A DNA stretch of 63,659 nt, filler included, from Octopus bimaculoides (GCF_001194135.2; 5 parts of 5 records of this genome joined end to end with filler, not necessarily neighbours in it), one strand, 5' to 3'; numbered from the whole stretch's first letter, positions 24,652-37,687 are shown. Made by a program: numbers and translations. Notes: a model not told the origin generated them from the sequence alone.

Positions 24652-25682
24652 GCAACTGTAACACAACCAGCACAAGAGCACAAACTGTAACGCAACCAGC
24701 ACAAGAGCGCAAACTGTAACGCAACCAGCACAAAAGCACAAACTGTAACGCAACCAGCACAAGAGCACAAACTGTAACGCAACCAGCACAAGAGCACAAA
24801 CTGTAACACAACCAGCACAANNNNNNNNNNNNNNNNNNNNNNNNNNNNNNNNNNNNNNNNNNNNNNNNNNNNNNNNNNNNNNNNNNNNNNNNNNNNNNNN
24901 NNNNNNNNNNNNNNNNNNNNNNNNNNNNNNNNNNNNNNNNNNNNNNNNNNNNNNNNNNNNNNNNNNNNNNNNNNNNNNNNNNNNNNNNNNNNNNNNNNNN
25001 NNNNNNNNNNNNNNNNNNNNNNNNNNNNNNNNNNNNNNNNNNNNNNNNNNNNNNNNNNNNNNNNNNNNNNNNNNNNNNNNNNNNNNNNNNNNNNNNNNNN
25101 NNNNNNNNNNNNNNNNNNNNNNNNNNNNNNNNNNNNNNNNNNNNNNNNNNNNNNNNNNNNNNNNNNNNNNNNNNNNNNNNNNNNNNNNNNNNNNNNNNNN
25201 NNNNNNNNNNNNNNNNNNNNNNNNNNNNNNNNNNNNNNNNNNNNNNNNNNNNNNNNNNNNNNNNNNNNNNNNNNNNNNNNNNNNNNNNNNNNNNNNNNNN
25301 NNNNNNNNNNNNNNNNNNNNNNNNNNNNNNNNNNNNNNNNNNNNNNNNNNNNNNNNNNNNNNNNNNNNNNNNNNNNNNNNNNNNNNNNNNNNNNNNNNNN
25401 NNNNNNNNNNNNNNNNNNNNNNNNNNNNNNNNNNNNNNNNNNNNNNNNAAACTGTAACACAACCAGCACAAGAGCACAACCAGCACAAGAGTACAATCTG
25501 TAACGCAACCAGCACAAGAGCACAAACTGTAACACAACCAGCACAAGAGCACAATCTGTAACACAACCAGCACAAACTGTAACACAACCAGCACAAGAGC
25601 ACAAACTGTAACACAACCAACACAAGAGCACAAACTGTAACACTACCAGCACAAGAGCACAAACTGTAACACAACCAGCACA
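24652..25682. repeat. 29-bp minisatellite (AAACTGTAACACAACCAGCACAAGAGCAC)n with internal N gap
   Basis: Unit starts at 24682 and 24711; visible on both sides of the gap 24821-25448. Confidence 0.9.
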
Positions 25683-26129
25683 GAAAAGAAACATTTAGTT
25701 AATGCCTCCACCAGAGGCATTTCCTGTTGCAATCTTGGAGTTCTTCATTTGCAGAATAGGAACATGCTACCAGCTTTGAAAATCATTATGGACATAACTG
25801 GAACTGATGTAAGGGGGATAACCCCACCCCACCTGAAAGCTCACTGGTAGGGTTCATTCCAGATATTTTTGAGTTACAAAACTAACTGACATGATGTTTT
25901 CCTCCCTCCAGTTGTAGAGAGGTTATGTGTCTCTGCCAACTCAAGTCTGATAAGTCACCTATACAGCCAAGTATTCTATAGCTGTGAAACCAGTGATCAC
26001 TCTCTGATCAGCCATAACAAACAACTTTCTAAATATACGTATATATACATATATATATACACACAATAACCATATCATAGACATAACATTCAGAAAGAAT
26101 CTAACAAAATTACTATCAGTTAGTTTTTT

Positions 26130-26250
26130 GGTATTACTTAAATACAGAGGTCCTGACGCATCTATGTAACCCTAACCCTACCCTAACGAGTGTGCACTGT
26201 AGAAACATTGTTACATAGATGCATTGGGACCTCTGTATTTAAGTAGTGCC
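26130..26250. repeat. About 40-bp inverted repeat enclosing CCCTAA-like repeats (Helentron/DINE-like short element)
   Basis: 26135-26170 versus 26210-26245 match 33/36 as inverted repeats; spacer contains CCTAACCCTACCCTAAC. Confidence 0.6.
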
Positions 26251-27491
26251 AATGCTTTTTGCCCCCCCCCCCCATGACCTTCACAAGGTCTCCTTGAGAC
26301 CAGCCATCTTGAGGGTGTTAATGTTCTGCTTAAACTATTTCAGGTTAACACCTGCAGCAAGATTCCAAAGGGCCAATATTTTGGGGGAGAAGGGATTAAG
26401 CATAGTGATCAGTGAGGGGATGAGTGCACCAAGGGTAACAAAAGGTGGAAAGTTGAGTGGGTTAGAGGTGCCTGAGTGATGGAGGTATAAGACCAGCCAG
26501 CTCTGAGATTACAGTAGCAATAGAAAAGGCAGAGAGGGAAGACAGCATGTGTTTGGGTTACAAACTAGAGCGTATCTGTTAGTGACTGAATTACAATTAG
26601 CTGAGTGACCCTTCTCTGGATGTGTTTACTAGCAGTATTGTCCCAGATCTGGGACAGAATAATGTCAACAGCTGTTGAGAGTCTGACATTTTCTGGATCT
26701 GAAGGACAAGTCTTTGGGCTGTAGTTCTAGTTAAGCTAAGGATGTGTTTCTACTCAGAGAGGTCCTCAGTGCTAGTGAGGCCTTGAACTTGGAGCTTCGG
26801 TGAGGGTCTTAGCTGAGTGCAACACATGTTTAGCAGAGATGCAGTGTGGTGACAGAGTTTGAGTTTTTTTTATTCTTTGCTGGTAAAAGTAGGTTGGCAT
26901 GGTTCCATTGAAGGGTCCTAAAGGTCTTTGTTTATAGAATCAATGCTTAGTTGGTCTGAGGTGGCTAAGCTGCATGTGAATTGTGTATGTTTGGGGGAAA
27001 ATAATAGAGTCAAATATATATTTTATACAATTACATATCTTATTTTCAAATAGCATAATCAAGTATATATATTTGAACCATTATTGTTTGTTTCGTTAGA
27101 GAAATTTAATTACATGTGAATTTGTTATAGAGTTGTAATTCTAGTTAGCATTTTCTTGGTGTTTACGGCTGTAAGATGAACAATCACCTTGATAAGTCTA
27201 AACCAGTGACTTGGTAGAAGTTTTAGTAATGAGAAACCGTTTCGGCCGTTGAAAGAAATGGAACAATTTCTCGTATTTTACCATATTTGATCTAATCTAA
27301 CCTCCAACTGTGAGAAAATACGGAATAATTTCTCTTACTTTAAAAGGAATTATTATTCAACTTCCTCGTGTTGGAAGATACAAGGTTAATTTAGGCAAAA
27401 ATAAAACAATTTATTCATTTCACTGTTTGGCAGTTAATAATAGAAATGAACGTAATTCGTTTTTAACGAAAACAGAAACAAAAATAAAAAT

Positions 27492-27690
27492 TATTAGTGG
27501 GTGCCAAAAAAGTAAATTGCTGTAGAGATTGAACTCCATTCATACTCAACTGAGAAAACTCGTTTTCTGTTGTCTCCGATGAAAGACATTGCATAATCAA
27601 ATATCTTAGTAGTAGGTCCCATCGATTTAGTTCCATTGCAGAAATATATACGGACACTTGTTTCTTGATCGCAAAATCTTTCAAAAAAAA
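27492..27690 (-). mobile_element. mariner transposon 3' end
   Basis: TA|TTAGTGGGTGCCAAAAAAGTAAATTGC resembles the Hsmar1-type TIR TTAGGTTGGTGCAAAAGTAATTGC; the adjacent minus frame (KDFAIKKQVSVYISAMELNRWDLLLRYLI) resembles a mariner C-terminus. Confidence 0.65.
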
Positions 27691-28971
27691 TTATTCCTAA
27701 CTAAAAAACAAAACCAAACATCTGAGATGTATCTTTCTCAGACATGATGTCTCAAACAATAGATTATCTAATATATTCTTACTATTTTTGAAGACTGATA
27801 GATTTACTTCCTGTCTTTTTTTGTTGTTGTTTTAACCAAAGAATAAAACATATTAACATGTTCTTGTTGTTAAGAAGTTCATCGAGTTGGGATTACGTCT
27901 CTACCCACCAAATCTTCTCAGGATAAACAAACTAGCCGCAGTACAATCGAAAAAAAAATTCTTTCGTAATCACTCAATATTTGTTATTGTTTAACCACGG
28001 TCGAATGGCCACGATCCAGCCACGACCATCGTGCCTGTTTCATTATTTTCAGGCAGCTGTGTCGAGTAAGGTGCTGTATTGAAGGAGATTTTAACTGCTA
28101 TTTCTAGAAAGGTGGACCGACTGCGGGGCTTTGAAGGAAAAAGAAAGATTGAATTAAATAAATAAAGAAAAGTTAGTGGAGATCTAAAAGGCATCAGATG
28201 TGCGAAAGAGTGATGGGGTATATGAAGAGAGAGCATAAACAAAATAATGAATATAAAATCTTGATTCACTCTTTTACTTCCAAGCTGACGAGGAAGCCTA
28301 TAGGTAGACATTTACCTGCTAGAAATAGTAACTAAATCGCCTTTAAATTATGTCAAATCATTAAAAAGAGGACACATTGTAGTCCCCACCCTACACTACA
28401 CTTAAAAAAAAAGAATACTGGATGGTCATGCTTGGAACACCTTGGATCATAAGTCTGCACTATGATTGTTAAACCTGAGGCTAAAAAAACAAAACTACTT
28501 TCTTCTTACTTTGTAATTAACAAGAAAATAGATGTTACGAAACTTTTCATAGATGAATCTGAACAATTTGAACAAGAGCCAGCAATAGTCGACAAATAAT
28601 AAATAAAAAAGGCAATCATACCTTGGTATACAAATAGATTCAACCAAAATTAACAGCGAAATGAACGGCCGAATGACGAGAAATCTGTATAATTTGTTGA
28701 CTCGCCTTTTATTTCAGTTTATCTCTTACTCTATTTTTGTGTTTCACTCCCTCTTATCTTTCTGTTTATCTAAATATTCGCATTTTAATCCTGCTATTCA
28801 TTTCATTTCTCCCCTTCTCTCTTTCTATTCCTCTCATTTTCTCCACTTCTCTTTCTATTCCTCTCACATTCTCTTTCTATTTACACACTTGTCTTCGTTT
28901 CTTTTTCCCTTTTGTTCAAAAAGCCAATCCCCAGCCTGTAGACTACTTTTTATCTTATTATATAGTTAATA

Positions 28972-28982
28972 ATGTTGTCGGT
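28972..28982 (+). CDS. Candidate first coding exon of an unidentified gene (ATG TTG TCG GT)
   Basis: ATG followed by strong donor GT|GTAAGT at 28983; phase-compatible with the exon at 29347. Confidence 0.3.
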
Positions 28983-29346
28983 GTAAGTAGTAGTTTTTCA
29001 ACCCTGATAGCGGGTACACCTTATATGCGAAGTTTGTGTACTGAATAGCAGCATCGTCATGCGCCTCTAATTATGTTCTGCTTAACTGTTCCCGACAAAA
29101 TTTTACAAGTCCTTTACAATTTATTCCTGATATGAAAGAACTGGGAAGTCGGACTAAAAGCATTTAGTTTGGTCCTCTCCGATCCGAGTTCAAATCCCGA
29201 CATCGTCGGTTTATTTTTTTCTTTAATTTTTTTCTCTCATTCGAGTTCTTGTTGATTCGTTTGTTTTTTTTTCTTTTTCCTCTCTCAAAAAATTTTTTTT
29301 ACTAACTTTGACGGTGGGAATTGGGCAGTTTTACTACTCTTTTCAG

Positions 29347-29429
29347 AGCTCGTGTTTCCTGTGGAAAGAAGTTGTTCTCAAACCGAAAACTTAGCTCCAA
29401 TATTTGCGACAACTTATATCCCGTTAAAG
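29347..29429 (+). CDS. Candidate coding exon 2 (ARVSCGKKLFSNRKLSSNICDNLYPVK)
   Basis: Branch-point-like ACTAAC at 29301, polypyrimidine acceptor CTCTTTTCAG, donor AAG|GTACCA (weak). Confidence 0.35.
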
Positions 29430-29992
29430 GTACCAACGGGCCAGATAGTCGGATGTTCACCTCGACGATAAATCAAATCATCTACAACTCTCCAAACTAG
29501 TGATCTTTGAAAGATTGTAAATAAAAGAGAAAAGAAAACCTGTTTTAAAGTCTTGCTTTAATCATATTAGAGAAGTGTGAAGTTAAGTTCGTTCTGTAAT
29601 ATTTACTTACCAACTAAATTAGGTTATCTTGTATAATAAGCAGTTTCACCTAATAGTTAGCTAACCAAATATATTTTCTTCTGTCATTCTAGAAATCTTA
29701 GTTGAGTAAATAGGGGTAAACATAGAAGTTTTAAAAAATTTCAATGTGAATAAAAAAAAAGTAAATTACTTTTTAAACTGGAAAGAAAAAAAGTGACCTT
29801 GTTTATAAGCTACTGGAAATATTAGTTTCATAATTAATAGTAAATTAATAGTGATCAGATTTCAAATCTAAATTTTGATATAGGTCAAGACATCCCTAAT
29901 TAATCAAAATATCACCCTCCATAATCTATTCCTATTCAAAAATAAAAGGCTGACTTGCAGTATTGCATATCTCTCCAAAGACACCATGGAAA

Positions 29993-30023
<31 letters not shown>

Positions 30024-30389
30024 GTTTCATTTAACGTCCGCTTTCCATGCTAGCATGGGTTGGACATATATATATATATATAAAAAATGATGATGGCGAT
30101 GGTGATTCAGTCTGGTATTTTAGCATTCTACTACACTTGATGTTCTTGTATTTTTCTAAATATTTACATCTTTTCAGCTATCTAACAAATTTTTTACCAT
30201 AGTTGTTAATCTCTTTAAATCTTTTAAATTCATTGCTTAATCCTGGGTGGTAGGTGTACAATGTGGCCCAGTTTAATATCACCATTTGACCCTAGGGTAC
30301 TTTCAGTGGCGTTTGCTCTGTTGCAAACATTCAGTCTAAGTCTCCAACTTAAAGAATTGTCATGCACCATTTCTCTCAATGCCAAATAA

Positions 30390-31075
30390 TAAATCAAAAA
30401 CCCTTTGACCAATTCTCCTTTGTCTTTTCAAACATCTGTGGACTTTTATCCAGCCAGTATCCACATACATCATCTCTTATATGCAAACCATACACCCTAT
30501 TTCTTTCAGAGATGCAAATTTATCAATCCTTATCATCGACCCATCTTTACTGTCCAGGACACTTTAATTCCACTCCAAAAGGTGGGTCTGTATATACAGA
30601 AACTCCAATTTCCCTGTTACCTGGATTTCAGCAATAACATCTTCCAATTTGTCCAGCTTAACCCTTTAACATTTGAATCAGCCATATCCAGCCAAAGTAT
30701 TCTACCTGTTTCATGTTCAGACTGACCAAATCTACCTTCTCTCTCCCATGTGCACCTGCATTCCTCTATTGTTCCCCCGAATTCCTCAAACCACCTTTTT
30801 CTGCACTGAGAACATCTCACTGCTGGGATCATCATGCTTGGTAATTTCAACACTCACAGCCCCCTGTGGGTCTCATATCCCACACCAATGCTGCCAGTGC
30901 AAGAATCCTTTGCTATTCTCAACCCTTACCATAAATTGGCTTCGTCTCTTAAACTCTCGATCGCCACCCTTGATCTCATTCTCACCTAACCTCTACCACA
31001 ACATGTCTGTCACTGCACCTATTCGATCTTTGGACCATGCTTCATTGCAACTGTCTAGCATACGTATATTACACC
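30390..31075 (+). mobile_element. APE endonuclease remnant of a CR1/L2/Jockey-group LINE
   Basis: Frame-shifted motifs FSNICGL, LFLSEMQI, KGG-V, LGNFNTHSPLW (GDFN), LDLILT, SLDHA (SDH). Confidence 0.75.
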
Positions 31076-31122
31076 CACTTTTCCGAGAGTGAACGGCGCT
31101 TCAAGTCAACCAACTGATCGAA

Positions 31123-31205
31123 GCTCAGCATGGCCCCTCAGGCAAGTGTCTTCTACTATAGCCATGGGCTGACCTAAGCTCTGTGAATGGCTTTGGTCGA
31201 TGAGA
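31123..31205 (+). mobile_element. SINE family A head fragment
   Basis: CATGGCCCCTCAGGCAAGTGTCTTCTACTATAGCCATGGGCTGACC. Confidence 0.6.
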
Positions 31206-31669
31206 ATTAGTGGTGGTATCTTTCATTTTAGTTCTATTAAAGATATCTGAAGTTGTCAGTACTGCTGCTTGTTTGTACTGCTTTTGTATATTATTAATAG
31301 GTTGACAATGTGATATAATAATTAAAAATAAAAAACAAAACAACAATAAAAAAAAACGTCATGTGATTCAGCATTTTATAAATAATTTATTCATGAGATT
31401 ATAGTAATTTAATGAGAGAAACAATTACTTGTTGTTGCAATTGTCACAATATCCATTATCTTCATCTCCACTACCCTCCTACTTAATGACTGGAACAAAT
31501 ATTATTAATGCATTATCTAAATAAAATAGAAAAGACAGCAAAGACTATAATGATGATAATATGGACATGATGTGTAGAATAATTGCAATTGGATTAAAAT
31601 CAAACTTAGTAAATTCCCTAAAAACATTCAAGTGGCTATTATTACTTTTGGTGGGTTATTTCTAATTCT

Positions 31670-31850
31670 AATTCCACAAGGCCTGAAATTTTTTTGGGGG
31701 AAGGGGCTAATTGATTACATCAACCCCAGTGTTCAACTGGTAGTTATTTTGTCAACCCAAAAGGATGAAAGGTTAAAGTTGACCTTGGTGGAATTTCAAT
31801 GAAGAATGTAAAGATAGAATGAGTGCTACTAAGCATTTAGCCTAGTATGC
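31670..31850 (-). mobile_element. SINE family C, degenerate
   Basis: AAAAGGATGAAAGGTTAAAGTTGACCTTGGTGGAATTT. Confidence 0.65.
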
Positions 31851-32254
31851 AAAATTTCTAATAAGCTGTGTTAATTCAGTGAAGTTAATTTTTTTCCAAA
31901 TAATCAAAATTTTAAAGGGTTTTAGAAAATTAACTTTTTCCTTGAAACATATTGTAACTTGGTTTTGCTGCCTGCTATTCCCCAAATTAAAACCAAGTGA
32001 CCATCTAAAGTCTTCAATGAATCATGTTTATATACATAAAGACAATACAGGGATTAATTGCCAAGAGTATTGGGCTGAATGCCAGGTGTATCTCTCTACA
32101 TATATCTGGCTAGAGGTGTGAATGCATGTTAGCTAGAATGAGATATCTAATTCTATGTTCATTATAGGCAAAGTGATTCTTCTTAACCCAAGATTGAGTA
32201 GCCAACCAAGGATCTTATTCACCTGTCTTTTCAGGAACTGCTGCTGTTATAAGA

Positions 32255-32450
32255 TCACCATTTTAACACTTGTTGAGATCTAAAGTGAATTGAAGAAGCT
32301 CCTCGACTTGCTTACGGAAAACTACTTCCAAAAGTGGCAGGAATGCTGGGACTGGTGTATTGTATCCCAATTTTTGAAAGAGATGATGCTAAAACTAAGG
32401 GAAATAAGTTACTTTTTATTAAACAACTAGTCTAGGAACTTTTTGATATA
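32255..32450 (+). mobile_element. mariner transposase C-terminal remnant with subterminal sequence
   Basis: VEIQSELKKLLDLLTENYFQKWQECWDWCIVSQ-like reading (compare mariner F-KW-ERWD-CI-QGDYFEGD), followed by AACAACTAGTCTAGGAACTTTTTGAT. Confidence 0.7.
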
Positions 32451-33262
32451 TGTTACAGTAAACTGTAGTGAAATATTGGATGAGCTAAGCCATTTATACT
32501 TACCAGTGGGACCCATGAATATTTCACAGAATTAATGGTAGGCCTATTGGATTATTTCTGAAACCTTTATTCAAAAAACCTAAAAGTGTAGCCTGGATAG
32601 ATAGTTCATCATCTGCTACTCATTGAAAAGTGAAAGAAATTGGAATACGATGATTACTTAATGCACTTTATATACTTTAAGCACAATTTTGTAAACTTAA
32701 TACACAGCACTCATACAATAAATATTCACTCTTATTTTTCCATTTCCCCCATAAACAAACAAAAAATATCCCATACATATGATTGATAGAATCTTTAGTT
32801 AAATTGCATATATATGCCACGTAAAGAAGTGTGAATATTTCACGGAATTGCACTCATGCACATGCATTAAGTGATAGGTAATATAAAAAAAACACTTTTC
32901 ACTAATCAATCACCACGTCTACTACCTCCATCTCCACCATCCTCTCTCCCTTTCTTTAACCTCACCACCAGAATACCCTCCCTCGACTAAAATCATTTTT
33001 AACTCTTCCTCTGCCTTCAACTAACTTTTTTAACAGCATAAGTATTATGGTCCCCCTACCTCACATCATGAATGCTTCTCTCTCTCCCTCTTTTTCTCTC
33101 CCCTTCAACTAGTTACGTGAAAGCAGTACAATTACATTCCCTCTACCTCATGTCATGGACGTTTCTCTCTCCCCCCTCTTTCTCTAATCCCGTAAAAGCA
33201 TTATTGACGGGCTAAGTAATGCAATGACAATCAGAATTATTATAAGATTCTATCTGTAACAG

Positions 33263-33361
33263 GGCCATATCGAGGTCTTAATAGAGAAAGCAGCTGGCTG
33301 GAAGCAAGGTGCAGAAAGCATGATTTGTATTCCTACTGTGTGAAAATGCCAAGAGACTGTG
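33263..33361 (+). CDS. Candidate coding exon 3 (PYRGLNRESSWLEARCRKHDLYSYCVKMPRDC), 99 bp, phase 1-1
   Basis: Acceptor CTATCTGTAACAG, donor G|GTATGC; only one frame is open and it is phase-compatible with neighbours. Confidence 0.4.
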
Positions 33362-33513
33362 GTATGCATGTAATTGGATGTATGCATGTTGTTTACAGTA
33401 ACAAGAAAAGTGCAGCAAACATTAAGTGAGAAAACTGCAAACTTTTATGCAAAAACATTAAACTAAAACCATTACAAGAAAACGAGTTCTGTAAATTCAT
33501 GAATGGTGTAGAA

Positions 33514-33887
33514 TTGTTGTTGGCACTGTCGCTTACGATGACGAGGGTTCCAGTTGATCCGATCAACGGGACAGCCTGCTCGTGAAATTAACGTGCAAGT
33601 GGCTGAGCACTCCACAGACGTGTACATTTAACGTAGTTCTCGGGGATATTCAGGGTGACACAGTGTGACAAGGCTGACCCTTTGAATTACAGGCACAACA
33701 GAAACAGGAAGTAAGAGTGAGAGAAAGTTGTGGTGGAAGAGTACAGCAGGGTTCGCCACCATCCCCTGCCGGAGCTTTAGGTGTTTTCGCTCAATAAACA
33801 CTCACAACACCCGGTCTGGAAATTGAAACTGCGATCTGTGCTATGACCGCAAGTCCGCTGCCCTAACCACTGGGCCATTGCGCCTCC
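33514..33887 (-). mobile_element. SINE family B, near full length
   Basis: Homologous to 13922-14302. Confidence 0.85.
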
Positions 33888-35066
33888 AGTGTATAATCAA
33901 CCAGAAGTATTGGAACACCATTATAGTATGCATGCATTTGAAAATGACTGCAAATGAATTTGCATAAAAATAAATGGATCAAGTGCATGCATGTGAGAAC
34001 GTCTGCAAGTGTTGCCTGCAGAAAATAAAACATTGATTTTAGACATGTCTGTTGTAAGGATATAAATTTGCTAGCATGAGAATAAGTGAAGTTTGCAGCT
34101 GCATACATAATTATTCTCCATACTAAAACCAAGTCATCTTATAAAGTTCTCAACAAATTTATTTACATAAAGACAGAGATTCATTACTGAGAGTATTGAG
34201 TTGTATGCCTGGAATGTCTGTTTATATGTATATGGCTAGAGGTGGAAATGAGATACCTATTTTTTTCATGTTGGTGAGAGGCAATAAAGTATGGTGTTCA
34301 TTGTAGACAAAGTGATTCGTTTTGACTCATGGTCAAGTGTCTAACCAAGAATCCCATTCACCTATCTTCTCAGGAATCTCTGTAAACTTCTGCCATTATG
34401 TGTTGCATGCATCTCATTTATAGCCATGGTTTTGATGGGGACTCTTGGAAATTTCCATATAGGGGGAGAATTCACAAAAAATTGAGACAAAGACAGGTGG
34501 TGTAGACAACATCAATTAGGTCATCTTGCTAACAAGCTTTCAACTAGGGAACTGTTGAGCCATTTAGAAGAATCTGTTGCTCTTGGTCCCTACATCAGTG
34601 CTTCTGCCACAGTCAAAGTCTAGCCTACCTGTGATTTTACTAGATTTTTGTATAACCAGTTCATACCAAGTGCACTGTATGAGATTTCTACCTATTCTTT
34701 TTCAGCATAATCAGTAGAGCCATTTCTTTGATGGTAGCAGGGCGCTGTCCTGTTTTCCACAAAACAGAACGTTGTCTTTGCTAGGAGGCCTCTCAATTCA
34801 ATATTCTCAAATTGTCCATAAGAAAATACTAGTTTACATTTCTTGATGTGAAGCCATGAAACCAAAAACTGAAAATATTTTGAAAAAAAATCATGTATAC
34901 AAATTTAAATATTGGATGAAATAGAAGACATTATATGTTTTAACTATGTTGGTAATACTTTAACAAATCTTTATGCTTTACTATGGCTGAACAGTAGCTA
35001 CTCCACTGTGCTGTGGATTCTCTATACAAATCAGTTCATATTATATTGATTTAATTTTCTTCCTAG

Positions 35067-35132
35067 TATCTGCAAAAGAAACACAAGCTTCAGCAACTGT
35101 GAAATATTACTCAATAAATACAAAAGTTACGG
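35067..35132 (+). CDS. Candidate coding exon 4 (SAKETQASATVKYYSINTKVT), 66 bp, phase 1-1
   Basis: Strong acceptor TTTTCTTCCTAG and donor GG|GTGAGT. Confidence 0.4.
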
Positions 35133-35271
35133 GTGAGTTACTTCGAGTTTCAGACTCGAAAAGAACTATATTCAGCCGCAATTATACATGGTGTATAGTT
35201 TACGACCCGCATTCATTCACCTTTTCTGTGAAGTTTCTGTCCATGAAATCAGAGTGAAAAAAGAGTATATA

Positions 35272-35485
35272 CTTTTCTACTCTAGGCACAAGGCCCAAAA
35301 TTTTAGGGGAGGGGGCCAGTCGATTAGATTGACCCCAGTATGCAACTGGTACTTAATTTATTGACCCCCCCAAAAGGATGAAAGGCAAAGTCAACATTGG
35401 CGGAATTTGAACTCAGAACGTAAAGACATGAAATACCACTAAGCATTTCGCCCAGTGTGCTAACGTTTCTGCCAGTTTGCTACCT
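35272..35485 (-). mobile_element. SINE family C, full length
   Basis: Tail CTTTTCTACTCTAGGCACAAGGCCC through head GCTAACGTTTCTGCCAG. Confidence 0.8.
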
Positions 35486-37404
35486 TCAAAGGAGAATAAT
35501 GTAGACAAATCTGTGATATGTACAGAGATCTATGGAAATTCAACTGTCGAGAATTAAACGTACTGACTTTGAAAAAATAACTGGACAAAACAATCCCTGT
35601 AAGATGTAGAGAAATAAACTGGGTGACAGATTATGTCTATCACCTAAAAATAGAATCAGTACTCTTGATAAACTTCCAGAGTTTCTATCCAAATTTATCC
35701 CAAGCTGAAGTTGTGGAAGACATACTTGCCTAAGGTTCTGCACTGTAGGAGCGAACCTGAAATTAGTTATAGCTTCAATGATAAATGAATTAAGGATCAG
35801 TGAGAATGGGAAGACAATGATAGATCTATGTTCAGAGACCATTCCAATTTCTATTTTTTTTTTTTTTTTTAGTGGATTGAATAAATCAGTTCTATTTCAA
35901 ATAGAGTATTTGTTCAGAGACAATAAACAGTCAAAGTGAATAAATCATTTAAATGCATCCAAATGTAGATGGTAATGTATTACACTTAAATAGAACACAC
36001 CAGATGAAATGCTTAGTGGCATTTCATCTGTGTCTGTATTTTAAAATACATATATAACCAAGTGGTTGAGAAGTTTGCTCCCCAGCCACATAGTTTCAGG
36101 TTCATTTCCATATAATAGTATCCTACTACAGCAACAGGCTGATCAAGTTAAATACTTTTAAATAAACAAATGTAAAAATGGTATTTTAAGCAAATATTTA
36201 TGTATAAATTTCATAAGCGTTTTATAAGGAGATACCTAAGGTAAAGCCTGAAATATAAAGGGGTCCGCAAGTCAAAAAGTTTGAAATCCCCTGACTTACA
36301 TGACTGTCAAATGTAATGTTTGTTTATTCACATTGCTTTGTATTAATCATGCATTATCTCACAGGTTTGAGATTTTGATGCGATTACTTTTAGAACATTG
36401 CAAAAAGCTGGATCAGGCCACTTTGAGTATACAAGGGATAGAAAGCACAGACTGGAAATGGCCACTTATTTCTCAAAGCCTTTACATTCGTATTCTTAAC
36501 CAAAAAAAAAAAAAAAGAAAAGAAAAAGAAAAAGGGGAAAAGACTCACTTTTATCAAATCATCTAATTTGATCGAAAGGAAACCTCTGTCATGGATGCAG
36601 ACGTGTAGGCAGTGTCCAGCAAGTAGTCTTCTGTCCTTCCATGGCATTTTTAACACATCACAAACTATTAAAGTAGTGTTCTCTTTGAGATACAGTTAAA
36701 ATGATTTATTTATTTATTTGCATCCTAAAAATTGTAAAGACACAAGATGCTTATAAAACAAAGATTAAGGATAGTGTTACTGTCAACATGATTAGTGACG
36801 ACAGCAATAAGCAAATTATTAATGGAGTAAGGAAGATAACCAATGATTCTTCAATAACGCTAATAGAATAAGAGTTAAAACAGTCAAATGCAATACGAGA
36901 TCACCACATTTATATCTATATTTACTACAAGAGCTCAAGTACATCTGATGGATTGACTGCACCATCAACATCTGGTAGTTAATCATTCTTGTAACTGACT
37001 CCTGTGCATGTTGAGTTGTTAAGGCAAATACAAAGGAATTATAGGAGAGTATTGTAGTTCACTTGAAGCATTGTTTGTAAAGAATAAGAAGTTTTGAATG
37101 GTACACCAATGCACTATAATACAAAAAATGGACTATATACCTGTTGTAATTTAGTTATCTATAGTCCGATGATATTTCGGAATTACAATTCCTTCAGATA
37201 TTCTTAGATGGAGTCGCTGCTATAAACTGTTTTCCAACAGTTTTCTTTATAAATTACCAGTGGCAGTTAGGATAAATTAAAGCGGGATCGCTTAGATGAA
37301 TGCATGTACAGGTATTGACCGTTCCAAGGAACACTACTATAACTGATATTTGTAACCAATATCCTTGTTTTATGTAGGATGATGAGGGTTCTATAATAAG
37401 CACA

Positions 37405-37687
37405 GGAGGTGCAATGGCCCAGTGGTAGGGCAGCGGACTCGAGGTCATAGGATTGCAGTTTCGATTCCCAGACCGGGCGTTGCGAGTGTTTATTGAGCGA
37501 AAACACCTAAAGCTCCACGAGGCTCCGGCAGGGGATGGTGGCGAACTCTGATGTACTCTTTCACAACAACTTTCTTTTACTCTTCCTGTTTCTGTCGTAC
37601 CTGTAATTCAAAGGGCCAGCCTTGTCACACTGTATCTCCGAGAACTACGTTAAGGGTACACGTGTCTGGAGTGCTCAGCCACTTGCA
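37405..37687 (+). mobile_element. SINE family B truncated by N gap
   Basis: GGAGGTGCAATGGCCCAGTGGTAGGGCAGCGGACTCG...GTTTCGATTCCCAGACCGGG. Confidence 0.85.

Noticed and set aside
24652-25682. Regular repeat as CRISPR array or Thr/Gln-rich protein
   Set aside because: No spacers, eukaryotic context, and a 29-bp unit that breaks frame
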